Of a stretch of DNA of 64,000 nucleotides, positions 52,656 through 64,000 are shown piece after piece. The stretch's first letter is position 1. Each line of letters opens with the position of its first letter. The stretch lies in the NCBI GenBank assembly GCA_965178125.1, contig OZ237754.1, positions 558,001 to 622,000 of the forward strand, written 5' to 3'. Under the pieces are notes generated by a model. That model was given only the letters and a program-made list of their open reading frames with translations. It ran no database searches and was not told where the DNA came from. Position numbers and translations under genes: made by a program. This DNA is from Bilabrum cf. latius. Lineage: Eukaryota.

Positions 52656-53380
52656 TCAGTCCGCGCCATCTCCCTCATCACCCTCGTCCTCTTCCTTTGC
52701 GTGGGCTTTGTGCACAAGAACCAGTGTACATGTTGCGCCCGGAGCGATCACCAGCTCCTTATCGTTCGTTCGGAGCCGCAACCATCGCAATCTCAACTCT
52801 TCCGCTGTCTGCGAGATGTGATCGGGAGCATAGATAGCTGAAGCGGTGCGCCCAGGCCTATAATGATTCGTAATTAAGCTCGTGAGCTAGACTTACGGGC
52901 CCTGTTGCATGAGTGTTGCAGAAATCCTATGCCTTCACTACCAAATCCTTAATCAAACAAGCATAATGCGTAATCTATCGTGGAATAACGAGGCCACTGC
53001 TCGGCGGATTGGGGTCAAATCCAGATGCAGACCATTTGATAGGGATCCCTGCGGCGAGAAGTTAACCAGACTGCCAGTGAAGGACCAAGTTGCACCTGTG
53101 GAGGTTGCGAAGCACTCAATCTCAATCCCTGGGCATGACACTCACCCGCCTCGTTCACAATAAAATATCCAACCACCCCAGGCGATTCGAGAAGGGGTTT
53201 CATAGTGGAATCAATATCAGCTGGTCCCTCGTCCTGCAATGGAATCGAACACAGGGCAAGGGTGTGAAACATGCTACTCTGCAACAATGCAGCTTCACAA
53301 CTCGGCGAGATACATGACAAGCGACTAACTTCTGCTCCTCCATCAGCTCCGCTTGCAGCTTTTCTTCCTGCCGCTGCCAT
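52656..53380 (-). CDS. Dynein light chain roadblock/LC7 family, 4 exons (2 in-frame TAG)
   Basis: PGVVGYFIVNEAGIPIK, HYACLIKDLVVKA, LRWLRLRTNDKELVIAP; introns 53234-53329, 53049-53145, 52809-52896; ends TGA. Confidence 0.85.
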
Positions 53381-53482
53381 GATAGGATTTGTCTTGATCG
53401 CGTTCCGTTGGAATAATATATCATTTTCTCTCAGGCTGCGAAAACTGCACGTCTCAATTCAGGGCTTGCAACTCTCACAATT
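53381..53482. promoter_or_regulatory. Putative bidirectional promoter (102 bp) shared by roadblock and V-ATPase G genes
   Basis: AT-richer spacer between divergent ATGs at 53380 and 53483. Confidence 0.5.
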
Positions 53483-54121
53483 ATGGCTGGGTATGGCGGT
53501 GGGCAAGAAATTTAGGCACTGAGATCTGCCGAAGAATCAGCAAAGCGGGAACTACAAGCTGCAGCCGAAGGTGAGATTCTGCTGCGGCGTTAGGAGTGCA
53601 CGGATTCGCACGATACACTCCATATCTTCAGTGTGTGTCTTAAGCTAGCGCAGAATCAAAGCGGTAGAGATAGCAAGTTGAGCAGTAGGCAAAAGATTTG
53701 GCAATGCAAGACCACGAACGAATCCGTGAACAGATGCTCCGGGATATCAGTACTGTGAGCAAAGTCGGAGCAATCCAGCACAGGTATTTTCTCTATTCCT
53801 GCGTCAGCAGGATGCCGTGTTGGAATTCATTTTTATTCGTTCTTGCAGCAAAAAGAAATTGACCAGTTGAAAGTGGAACTCGACAAAGAAGCAGACTCGT
53901 TCGTATCGAAGCTTGAGTAAGTGGTTCTTTTTGTGGTACTTGTAGTTGCAGTAGAATCGGTAATCACTTCAAGAAATGTACCGATCGATTGCGTTTCTAT
54001 TTCACATCGCAGTGGTCATGCACAGGAGACGCTGCCGCGTCTGGCAAGACTTGTGACGTGGATGGTACAGCAAACCGATGACATAGGCCACGCTGCAGCA
54101 GATCCTGATAGCAAGTCCTAA
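53483..54121 (+). CDS. V-type ATPase subunit G-like protein (~121 aa), 4 exons, 4 in-frame TAG, TAA stop
   Basis: MAGYGGGQEI*ALRSAEESAKREL matches the subunit G start (GIQQLLxAE..A); introns 53571-53653, 53755-53848, 53917-54012; spliced length 366 nt. Confidence 0.7.
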
Positions 54122-54316
54122 TCGCTGATCCGTGCCTGAGTAGCATAGAACAGTACAGTAATAATACTCAGTGTGGCATACCATTCCATGCATTCTTCGC
54201 TCCAGGAGTCCCGAAATGAGCTGAGGATGGAAACCCCAGCAACGCACAATGAAGCACCAGCAGGGCAGAGTGCCAAATGTGCTTTCAAGGCCAGGCCGTG
54301 GCACTGAAAGACTGGG

Positions 54317-55201
54317 TCAAGTCTCAAGGGCACTGCGCTTCTGCCGCCGGCCACGCCTACCAGACCCCCGAGACCCGGGCCCTGTCCTGGTGGGGCTGCG
54401 GGCCGCCGACCCAGGGGACGCTTCCGCTTCAGAAACCTGCGCTGACGCAACCTCGGGGCCCCGCCCGGCAGAAGCACCCGCCGGACCGGTAGACTCCGCT
54501 TCCTTAGCAGGCGCGCGATCACTCGCTGCAGACGACTCCTGCCCGCTGCGTGGCGCTTCAGGCGCTGATGGCTGTACCGGAGCGGCAAGAGCAGCCTGCT
54601 CTGCCTTCTCCCGAGCATCGGCCTGGGCCTTCTCTCGCGCTGCCGCCTCCTCTGCCTTGCGCCGGGCCTCTTGCTCCCGCTTGTCCTGCTCTGCCTTCTC
54701 CCGAGCATCGGCCTGGGCCTTCTCTCGCGCTGCCGCCTCCTCTGCCTTGCGCCGGGCCTCTTGCTCCCGCTTGTCCTGCTCTGCCTTCTCCCGAGCATCA
54801 GCCTGGGCCTTCTCTCGCGCTGCCGCCTCCTCTGCCTTGCGCCGGGCCTCTTGCTCCCGCTTGTCCTGCTCTGCCTTCTCCCGAGCATCAGCCTGGGCCT
54901 TCTCTCGCGCTGCCGCCTCCTCTGCCTTGCGCCGGGCCTCTTGCTCCCGCTTGTCCTGGTCTGCCTTCTCCCGAGCATCGGCCTGGGCCTTCTCCCGCGC
55001 TGCCGCCTCCTCTGCCTTGCGCCGGGCCTCTTGCTCCCGCTTGTCCTGCTCTGCCTTCTCCCGAGCATCGGCCTGGGCCTTCTCCCGCGCTGCCGCCTGC
55101 TCTGCCTTGCGCCGGGCCTCTTGCTACCGCTTATCCTTTCTCTTCTTGGCCTCAGCCTCAGCTGCTTCTTCCGCTGCTTTCTCCTGCACCTTTTTCAGAT
55201 C

Positions 55202-55243
<42 letters not shown>

Positions 55244-56744
55244 GGCTGCAGGTGCCTGCGCAATGATTCCATCTTCGTCCTCGTCCTCTTCCTCGTCCTC
55301 TTCAACGGCGGGTACATTGCCTTGAGATTGCTATCGGCTGGATGCAGAAGCATCAGATGCGATATCCTTCCCACCCCTACCGTTACCTCGCTCCTTATTC
55401 CAGGCCTCGCTCTCACCCTCACCCTCACCCTTGCCCTCGCCGTCTTGCTTGACTACCTCCGCGGGGCTGCCGTCCTCCAGGGCGCGCACCACGCCGCATG
55501 CTCGGTTCGCCGCAGCTGCTGACTCCGGGCCCTTCCAGTGCTTCATGAAGGTTCCTTTGTCGGCCACCCAAGCGCGACCGCCGTAGTAGTCCCTCGGCTG
55601 CAGGGCCGAAATGATCTGATCCCTAGAAAGGTCCGACAACGCGGATACAACCGCTCGCTTGAACAGAGATTCGCCCTCGTCCCCCTTGGGGAAGTTGCTC
55701 CTGCCGACCTGCTTCCTCACTTCCCCAATCTCGATGGGCTTGTGCACGGTGATAACGACCTCTTCGTGTCCTATCTCGGGCACCCCCCTGAGGGGCCAGT
55801 TGGCTCGCATCCCAGACAGGGTGATAGGCAGGACTGCAGTGTCTGTGTCGTTGGCAGCGATGAAGGCGCCGGGCTTGAAGGGACCAAGCGGTCCATCCAG
55901 CAGGTTTATGTAACGAGTTCCCTCGGGAAAGAATAGAAAAGACAGTTTCCCGTCAGTGATGTACTTCTTCGAGTCCTCGAGCGCCTTGTGACGCGCTGCC
56001 TTGCCCTTGTCGTCAGACCGAGTTCGCTCGATGGCAACATGACGCGCAAAGTAGAAAAGCTGCCCCATGATGGGATAGTACAAGATTTCCTGCTTGATCA
56101 TCGCCCGGAAATTGATGACTGGAAGCAAAGAGAGAACAAAGGCGTCCAGTGTGCTCTGGTGGTTGAGTGCAATGACCACCGGCCGGTCCTTCGGGATGTT
56201 CTCGACGCCCTCCAGGCGGTACTTCAGAAACGGAAAGATTGCCATTCGAGTTAATACGCAATTCGTACTGCGATACGGAACACTTGCCAAGCGCAGCGCG
56301 GAACATTCTTGATCAGGCTAGCTGAGCAGCCCCGGCAAAATGAGGTGCCGGCGGAATACCTCCTGTAAGAGGGAACATAGTTGATGCACGGACTGGCAAG
56401 ACAACCATATATATTAAGGTGCTCACTACTATGCAAGGTTGCCGTACGGGTCAACAAAGATGGAGATGGGCCACGCAATGATGTACAGTAGTACAGCAAT
56501 GGTGCCGAACAGCATCTGCAGGCCTAAGAGCCCGAACACCCGTGCACTGCGGTACGCACAGCTCAAGAAATTGAGTACTCAAATGGAACCAGGCGCTGCA
56601 TAGATGATTCGTGAAAGTGCGGTTAAACCAAGCTATGTGGGATTGGGTCAGAGCCACGGCCGACAAAACTTACCGCAGCAACCAGCTACCTGGGTTGGAC
56701 TTCTTGGGTACATAAACGCCGTCATCACCCCGTCGTTTTCCCAT
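54317..56744 (-). CDS. 1-acyl-sn-glycerol-3-phosphate acyltransferase (PlsC/LPAAT) with long charged repeat tail; N-terminal exons tentative
   Basis: NHQSTLD and FFPEGTR motifs, PFKPGAF, VLPITL; read-through of TAG 55331 and 55124 to TGA 54317; putative introns 56596-56673, 56516-56555, 56268-56426. Confidence 0.85.
54597..55136 (-). repeat. 90-bp coding tandem repeat x6 (EQDKREQEARRKAEEAAAREKAQADAREKA)
   Basis: Units at 54601, 54691, 54781, 54871, 54961, 55051 are near-identical. Confidence 0.95.
55202..55243 (-). repeat. (GCTCAG)n microsatellite encoding (AQ)n
   Basis: CCTGAG x6-7 on the + strand. Confidence 0.9.
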
Positions 56745-56971
56745 ATTACAATTAATAGCACTCTTTTCGCCCGTTTACACGAAGAATACCTTGCAATGGG
56801 CCGGTGACAACGAGCGAATCCAGAGCCTGAAGTTGCAACCGCTACTGGCGAAAGGTTGCAACCGGGCAAGCACCACCACCCTTTCTCGTATCTGCAAACA
56901 ATCGAAGAATAACACAATACAACAGTTTGTTAACATCACAACATAATATGCAACCATCCTATTCTCTTGCA

Positions 56972-59900
56972 TCAGTACCCCGGTAGCCGCGCCGCCTGTG
57001 GACTTACCGACCGAGACAGGGCCTGAAGCCCTCGCATGTGACGAGTGTCCTGGCTCAACGGACGGGTGTCCGTCACGTACCTTGGTGACACGCCGAGCGA
57101 TGCCGCCACTCGCTGCACCGCCTCAGTCGCTCCTAGCCCCCCGGCACCAGGGTCAGCCCCTCTCCCGATGCCACGCCAAGAGGGAGCGCCGCCGCCGCCA
57201 AACAGCCCCGAGCCACTCTCAGCGGCTCCAAATCCACTCGTCACACCAGTACCCGCGTAGGCCCTGGTCGGCTGCTCGTAGCTCTGCCGAGAGTGGTACG
57301 AGCTGGACGAGCGGCCTGGGCTTGCGCGTATTTGCCTGCCGGCACCACCACCGTGCGATGCAGTTCGCGCGACCATGGCTGGTGCTGCCCACACGCCACC
57401 AGCCCCGACGGAACCAGACCGCGCCGAGCGCGAGGGTGAGGTGGTGCCACCGTGCAATGCACCCCCGAAGGAGCTTGACCGGTGGAGCCGCTGCTGCTGC
57501 CCCATCGACGGAGCAGGAGCAGGACGCAGCCCGCTGCTGCCGCTGGATTCACCCGCCGCACCCATCCTTACCGGGGCCCTGGACGGCGATTCCTGCGTCC
57601 CGGCCACGGAGCTCACGCTCCCCCGTCGCCTGCCGCCCCGCGTGTAGCCGGGCAGCTGCGACATGGACCGAGTGTGCTGCAGCTGCGCTGCGGCCTGGAC
57701 TTGGGACCTGGGCTGGTAGGAGTAAATGGAGCTGGGCTGCTGGTCTGTCTGCATGGGCGCCGTCGCAGTAGCAGCGGCAGCAGCGGCAGAGGGCGGGGTT
57801 TGATCCAGGACAGGCCCTGGGGCCCGGCGTCTGGCCAGTAGCTTTTCCTGGAAATGGGGAGTGCGCTGTGGCGCACCACCATGTGATGCACCCAGGCTCG
57901 CCTGCAAGCTTCCACCCAGCACATACGTCCTGGATCCACCTCTCGTACTTGATACTGACCTGCCAGATATCGATCTGCCAGATACGGATCCTGCATCTGC
58001 ACCCGCACCACTCGCCGTGCGACTCTGAAAGCCAGCCAACCCGAGTGCCCCACTACCCCTGCCTGATTGGACCGCAGGCCAGTCGTCTCCCCTGCCCCCG
58101 AGGTCTTCGCTCGTGGCGCGGCTGTCACCAAAGCGAGAAAACCGACCGACACTTGCAGACCTGCCTCCCAATGGACTGCCGCTGCCGCCGCCGCCGCCGC
58201 TAGCGATGGAAGCCCTCTCGGATGCCTCGCGATGGGCCCGACGAACCAGCTCCGGGTCATATCCAGCGCTTGCCCTGGTATTCGCACCCGTGTGTCGGGT
58301 TGGGGAGGGCGCACCCCGCCCATCCCTTCCTTCATCGGGAGACTGCAAGTCAACGCGCGAGCCAACATGCCTCGAACTGCCTTGCCTTGGCGAAGAGGCC
58401 GAACGCTGCGAAGGACCGATGCATGGCGCGTTGTTCCCTGTCGAGACGGCTTCATTTGCCCATGTCGGGCGAGATCGTGGGGCAACATCGCGCCCCCGTG
58501 CCGACGATACAGCCGTCGGGCTTGGAGCAAACCCGGCACGGTCACGACCTGGATTGCCTGAGGGCTGCTAGCCGGCCGCACCATTTGCCGCTGCTGCACG
58601 GAGTAGATCAAGCAGGGCGGGCGGCACGCCCGCGGGATCAGCACTCTTCAAGCTTCCTGGCGTCGCACTGTCTTGACCTCGGACTGCATGCGGGGTGCCA
58701 GCCCCGCTTTGCGCCTAGGCAGTGCTCGCCGGCTCCCCCGGCTGGCCACCTGCTCTGGTAGAGATGACCGAGTGCAGCAGCCGATCCATGCGGTCCACGG
58801 CGTCTTTGAATCCCCGGAGGTACTCCTGTTGCTGAGGCGCGGGCGGTTGGCCCGACTACGACTGCTCCTGCTGCTCATGCTGCGCTATGGTGTGTGGTGC
58901 AGCAGCAGGCTACCCGTCTGGCGACGGAGAAGCAACGTCTGCTTGATGGCAAGAACCGTTCGTAGAGCCAGCGCTGCTGCTAGTGGGTTGTTGCGAGGCG
59001 ACAGTGCGGGATACAGTCGGGCCGGTGCTATTGCTTGCAGCAGCACTTGCAGCAGCACTTGCAGCAGCACTTGCTCGCGGGCTAACTAGGCCGGTGACCG
59101 CCTGCACCCAAGCCGAAATGGCGTGGTCGGCCTCGCTTGCAGTCGCTCCGGAGGCAAAGCTGGCGGGGACATAACCCAGCGGCAATTTGCGGGGCTTCCC
59201 AGGGATAAGGGCAACGGAAGGCGGTCTGGTTGGGTCGTAGAGGCACCACGCCAGCATCCAGCCATCAGGTGCCTTGCTCTGGTCCGGGCATCGGATGATC
59301 ACCGTGCCCTTGGAAGCACTCAGCTCGCCCTGGCCCTGCGCCTCGAAGGGATACCGCATTGCCATGCGCTGCCCTTTTGGCAGGCGATCCACCAGTGCCC
59401 TCGGGTCGGCTCGCACCACAGGGGCGACCTCATCTGCAGTGATGGGTGCCAGCCGCGGGCTGCTTTTCTTCGGTTGCGGCTTGATTGAAGACACAGTTGC
59501 TGTAGAGCCCTGCGCAGGCGTGGCAGCGGTGACAGCTGCTCGATCCGCGGTTGTCTTTCCGTGCTCGGAGTTGCCTTCGTCCTTGTCTGCGTGAGTTCCA
59601 CCTGCAGAAGCCCACGAGCCAGGCGTGGTATGCACTCCAGTCGGGCCCACCGCACTGGCTGTTGTTGCCGCAGCAAGTATCCGACTCGAGCGCGCATCCG
59701 TGCCGATGTGCTCTTCACCTGATGTACTCGAGGACAAAGACGATGATGCCTCGCCGCTGGCAGTCTCACGAGACTCCGCGGCGGCTCCTTGCTCTTGTCC
59801 GGGGGTACCTGGCCTTGAAGACACCTCGATGTCATCAGGCTGCACCTCCTCCCGTCTACTGCCAGCTCCATTCGGGACGTTGAGTTCGGTGCCAGCTGGA

Positions 59901-61735
59901 GCTGCCTGCTGCGCGCTAGTCCCCTCGCTGTTCTTGGAGCCACGACCGTCGTGGGGCTGTGAGGCACGGGTGGCTGATTCACCTGATGCCAGGCCATGAG
60001 TCGAACCAACCGGTTCTCGTGCACCCGGGTTTACTGCCTGTTCCTCACTAGCAACTGAAACTCCTAAGCGAGTCTTTTGATGCTCTATGGCAGTCCAGGC
60101 GTCCCCATCAAATGCCTGCTCGCCCACACTTGCAGCCGCCGTGGGGTCGCCTACGATGACCTGGTCCAAGCCAAACACCTCCCCATCGCTGCCCCTTTCT
60201 GTCAGCTAGGGGCGCGCAGGGGGGGGCGTTGGTTCCTCGCCGTTCGGAATATCAACAGACTTCGCTGGAGCTGCATCCGTCGAAGCAGCTGCATCCGTCG
60301 ATGCAGCTGCGGCTAAAGCAGCTGAATCTCCACTTGTGCCATTCGCTTCTTTGTACAAGTCGCTGGTCGCGCCAAGGGCTGCATCGATGGAAGCGTCCAC
60401 GCTAGCTGGCTCTGCACCGATGGGGTCTATAGTGCCTTTTCCAGTGTTGGATGCTGCGCCGGAAGCTCCTGCACCTGCACCTGCGCCAGCCCCAGCAATT
60501 GGCCTTGACCGGGGCCGGACCCTCCGAAGCAGCGGGCTCGTGGGCAACCTCTGCTTTCCAGCGGCTCGCAATGGCCGAAGATACGCCTGTGGTACGTACC
60601 CTTGAGTCACCTCTTGCCCTTCCAGCGTGGGTACCCGCAACACGAATGTCCATCCCTCGGGTTCGGCCGGCCGTGAGTCGATGAGGGAGAGCTTGGGGTT
60701 GGTGGACGGGAGCACCACGTCCCCTGACGCGACCGTGAGCTCGGTGGGATCCTCCGCTCTAAAGTCGTGCTGCACCACCATGGCGTCAGCGAACATTCGG
60801 CGAGGGTTCACCCGAAGTCCTTGCTCTCCTGCAGACGCCCCCGCCGTGTGCAACCCCCTGCTGGGCGAAGACCACTTGCCATGGGCCTGCCCCGCATCTG
60901 TATACTTTCTAGAGGGACTTGTTCTGCGACTTATCGAGTCTGAATACGAGTATGCGGACGATTGCGACGGCATGGGGCGAGCACTTGCCCCTGTGCGAGC
61001 ATCCCGTGCTGTGGCGTCCGGCTGCATGTGAAGCTCGTTCAGGAACGTGAGAGCTCGCTTTGGGCCAGCCAGTGCCAGCGAAGATGGACTACTCGGTGAT
61101 ACATATGAAGATGCGTCGCCTCGCGGCGTTGATGCCGCAAGGGACTGGAACAACCGTCTCCCATGGTGCTGACGATGCAAACGAGCAAGAGGTACCCGAG
61201 GGGACTGCAGCAAGCTTCCGGGCTCTGCTTCGTCTGCAAGGCTAGATGATCCTACTCCATTCACATGAACAACCTCAATGTCATTCGGCTGAACGCGAAA
61301 CGCGGCTACACCGGAGAGGTACGTGCTTCCATGCTTGGCTGGGCTCGACCTCTCAGTAGGCACCCCGTCCCGCCCAACTTCGACCTCATACACTACATCT
61401 CTCGTTGTGCAAAAGTAAGCTAGAAAGTCTGGCCATGTTACGCTTCGGACTGGCGAAGAACCGTGCGAGGGGTGTGCACGCTGGTAGACATCAGTCATGA
61501 CTTCTTCCACCACGGCACGCATTGCCTCCTGTCCGGCGCCAAGTTTATCCTGTAGCCCCAGCATGTTGCCGATCCAAGAATGTTTTCGAAGTGCCTTGAT
61601 TAATTCTCGTTTATCGATTGCACCGTCCTGCTTACCATCGATTGTTGAGAAAGCCTTCCGTACCTAGCGAAGGTCGACCTGTAGACGAGGAATGCCTATG
61701 CTGGCAGGAGTTCGTGGAGAAGTTGGGAGCGACAT
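56972..61735 (-). CDS. EF-hand + two SH3 domain scaffold protein (~1587 aa, 6 in-frame TAG)
   Basis: EF-hand VRKAFSTIDGKQDGAIDKRELIKAL; SH3 HDFRAEDPTELTV..GD..EGW..GYVPQAYL and YPFEAQGQGELS..KG..DGW..GYVPASF; single frame; ends TGA; start tentative. Confidence 0.8.
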
Positions 61736-62131
61736 TCGTTGCAATGGTGAGCACAAAATTCCCGCGGTACCTCCTCTTGGGCAACACTTCCCGGGCAGCA
61801 CAGCTACTCTGCCGACTCGCCGATTTCGCGCTGCAGCACCGGTTGCAACCACTGATCCGCACAGCGACCTGCGCAGCAGCATGACACGCGGCATAACAAT
61901 GAGACCAGGCCACAAGAGTGGGCTCGATTGATCGATATGCTGGCATGCCCTACGGTCTTGCGTGTCTCGCCGCCTGCTGGCCAACTACATTGAAGCGATG
62001 TGGGCCCCTGTCATGCCACGCGGCACAGGGGGTGGGTGGCACACAGCGAGTCTGCATGCGTGGCCGTGTTGAGCAGATGAATACATGATGCGTAGCAAAC
62101 ACAGACTCAACAGGTATTAGCGCGTTTCAAA

Positions 62132-62974
62132 TCACAGCACGTTCCACTTGCCGGTGCGGCGGTATATGCCGAGCACCTTGTGCGCCTATCGCCTGATGGC
62201 CTTGTCCGAGTCGCGGTTGAACACCGACTCGAGCGTGTCAATCACTCTGCTCTCCAAGCGAGGAGGGGAACCGTCGCAGATGATGTGCAACACCCTGGAA
62301 CGAATGGACGAGTCGTCGTCCTCGGCCAGGTCGAACACAGCGTCCCAGAACTCGGGCACGTCAAGCTTCACCTGGCAGGGGCACATGAGGTCCAAGGCCT
62401 TGAGCCTCACCCGAGCATCCTTGCTCTTCGTCAGTGTGACGAGTGCGGACACGTCGCCGCACGACGTGGCCTCACCGATGGCATCCTTGGCCAGCCTGAA
62501 CTTGTCAGTGAGGCGCATGGAGGTGGCCGCCGGGTCGTCGGGGGCGAGCATGAGATCGGCCATCCGGTCGGCGGGTGTCATGGGCTCGGCGGCAGCCTCG
62601 AGCTTTGCCCTTCGCTTAGAGCGGACGGACTTGCCGCCACCCTTTGCCTCCTTACGCTTGGCTAGCCTGGCTCTGGCCTTGGCGCGAAGCATGGCCTTCT
62701 CTCTCCTGACCTCTGGCTTGGCGGTGGCGAGAGCCTCAGCGGCAGCCTACTTCTCCTCAGAGGCGGTAGGTGCCAACTTCAAAGATGCCATCACGGCAGC
62801 TTCCTTCAAAGAAGCATCATCAACCACAGAAATAGCCGGCGAGGCGTGAGGCGATCCACTCAAGTCAACAGAATCGATCAAAACCGTCCCATCAGTGTCT
62901 GCTATTCTGTCGTCCTCTTTCCTGCTAACGACAGACATACCAGAAATCACGGAAGAAGTGCAAGGGATCTCCAT
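62132..62974 (-). CDS. HEAT-repeat-like protein (~280 aa, 2 in-frame TAG)
   Basis: SKDARVRLKALDLMCPCQVK..DDDSSIRSRVLHIICDGSP..DSDKAIRR*AHKVLGIYRRTGKWNVL-TGA. Confidence 0.75.
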
Positions 62975-63451
62975 ATTGTTATGTGTTGGTTGAACGCCTG
63001 AACAAGCCTAGCCTTTCCTCCTACTGGTGCTTGTTTGTGATTTCCTATCGTTCCCGTCGTGCCGTGCGTCCCGCAAACCGGAACACCCGCGACGTTTTCC
63101 GGTTTTGTGGTTTCCGCGTTCCTGGTGGGCATCTGCGAAAAGCTCACCCATGCAGCCACTCATGGATGCACTAAACGTTACGGAGACACGAGTATGCCCT
63201 TGTGCAGTCACCGAAGGACAGATTGTCGGCACACGATGCAGTGTTCCTGATGCACCGCCCTTGCCGTTGGAACCTGCCTTAGCTACTGTCCAGCCGCCAA
63301 TACACCCATGATGTGTGCCAGGCGTACGTGGGCCAATCGGGTCTCAGCAAAGCCAGGACAACAATTGTAACGGGAAAAAGAAGCAATTTACTGCAAGCTA
63401 AAGGCTAAGGCGTGTCATGCTCAGTCAAACGAGCCGCGGTGCCCCTGTTCC

Positions 63452-64000
63452 TCAGGACCCCCCGCTCCCCCAATACATGCCCCCACCAACACCGCCGTCT
63501 CCTTCCCTCCCCCTCCCGACCGCCACATCGCCATAACTTTCCCTGCCACCCGCACCGGCATGTACCCTGGCCCCTGCCGAGTGCTAAATCGGACCCCCCG
63601 CCCCCGCCCCGCTAGAGGGCCCCCCCATGCCCCTGCCCACGCCCCTGCCCTCCTCCTCATCATCATACATGTGCCCCCCGTGCACACGCTCCCCCTCGTC
63701 CCCGTGCGGATCGTACGCGCCATCTCCCCCGTCACCGTATCCACCGTACTACCCATATTCATCACCGCCCACGCCCCCTGCACCGTCCCCATCAAACCGC
63801 TCGCCGTCACCTCCACCCCGCGCGGCATCGATCGCCCTCTGCCTTGCCAGGTCGGCATCCGCCTCCAACGCGCCCACGTCCATGGCCACCATCTCGTGAG
63901 TTGCCCTCCCCAGCCTGTACCCCTGGCCCCCGCGCCCGCGCCCGTGCCCGTGCCCGTGCATGCCCGCTTCGCTGTCGTCGTCCTCGCTGTCTCCGTTGAT
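63452..64000 (-). CDS. 3' part of a Gly/Asp-rich protein, truncated by window end
   Basis: Frame of ORF 63749-63961 continues through two TAG to TGA 63452. Confidence 0.55.

Noticed and set aside
55124-55126. TAG = Glu (aligns with GAG in the 90-bp repeat) or Tyr (aligns with TAT at 28978)
   Set aside because: Single cases in degenerate units or variable positions (the same unit has another E->Q change; the TPR site also shows H, F, C); outweighed by CAG/TAG alternation and conserved-Gln sites, though only proteomics is decisive
54118-55522. Long alternative-frame ORFs over repeats, and many antisense ORFs across the window
   Set aside because: Shadows of GC-rich or repetitive coding sequence with no recognisable domains
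684-64000. Mass pseudogenisation or sequencing error as the cause of internal stops
   Set aside because: Interruptions are exclusively TAG, frames are preserved over many kb, and housekeeping genes are otherwise intact; decay would also give TGA, TAA and frameshifts
1-64000. Recoded phage or pyrrolysine-using prokaryote
   Set aside because: Spliceosomal introns and eukaryote-specific genes; no phage or pyl genes seen
1-64000. Suppressor tRNA(CUA), other RNA genes or transposons
   Set aside because: No cloverleaf, rRNA, transposase/RT or terminal repeats recognised by eye; tRNAscan-SE is needed to exclude them

Overview
Gene-dense, GC-rich nuclear DNA from a unicellular eukaryote. Evidence: GT-AG spliceosomal introns and eukaryote-specific genes (YKT6, dynein roadblock/LC7, V-ATPase G, GTPBP1/2, neurochondrin, PX/SH3 proteins). 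A flagellated heterotrophic protist such as a stramenopile is only a guess. The main result is a non-standard nuclear genetic code: TAG is a sense codon, almost certainly Gln. TGA is the main stop, TAA is a rare stop, and I found no internal TAA. The fragmented ORF track collapses into about 22 intact genes when TAG is read through (about 120 in-frame TAGs by manual count). One is a 13.8-kb intronless ORF with 26 TAGs. TAG replaces CAG at the same position of TPR repeats and falls on conserved Gln sites of YKT6 and V-ATPase G. Other highlights: a ~4,600-aa PH/pseudo-5-phosphatase/PX/C2/PX protein, a Clu-TPR protein with an orphan TPR fragment nearby, a frameshifted bacterial-type ArsC, several bacterial-like beta-propeller genes, and an LPAAT with a tandem-repeat charged tail. 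All family assignments are motif recognition by eye, not database searches. No RNA genes, CRISPR arrays or mobile elements were recognised.
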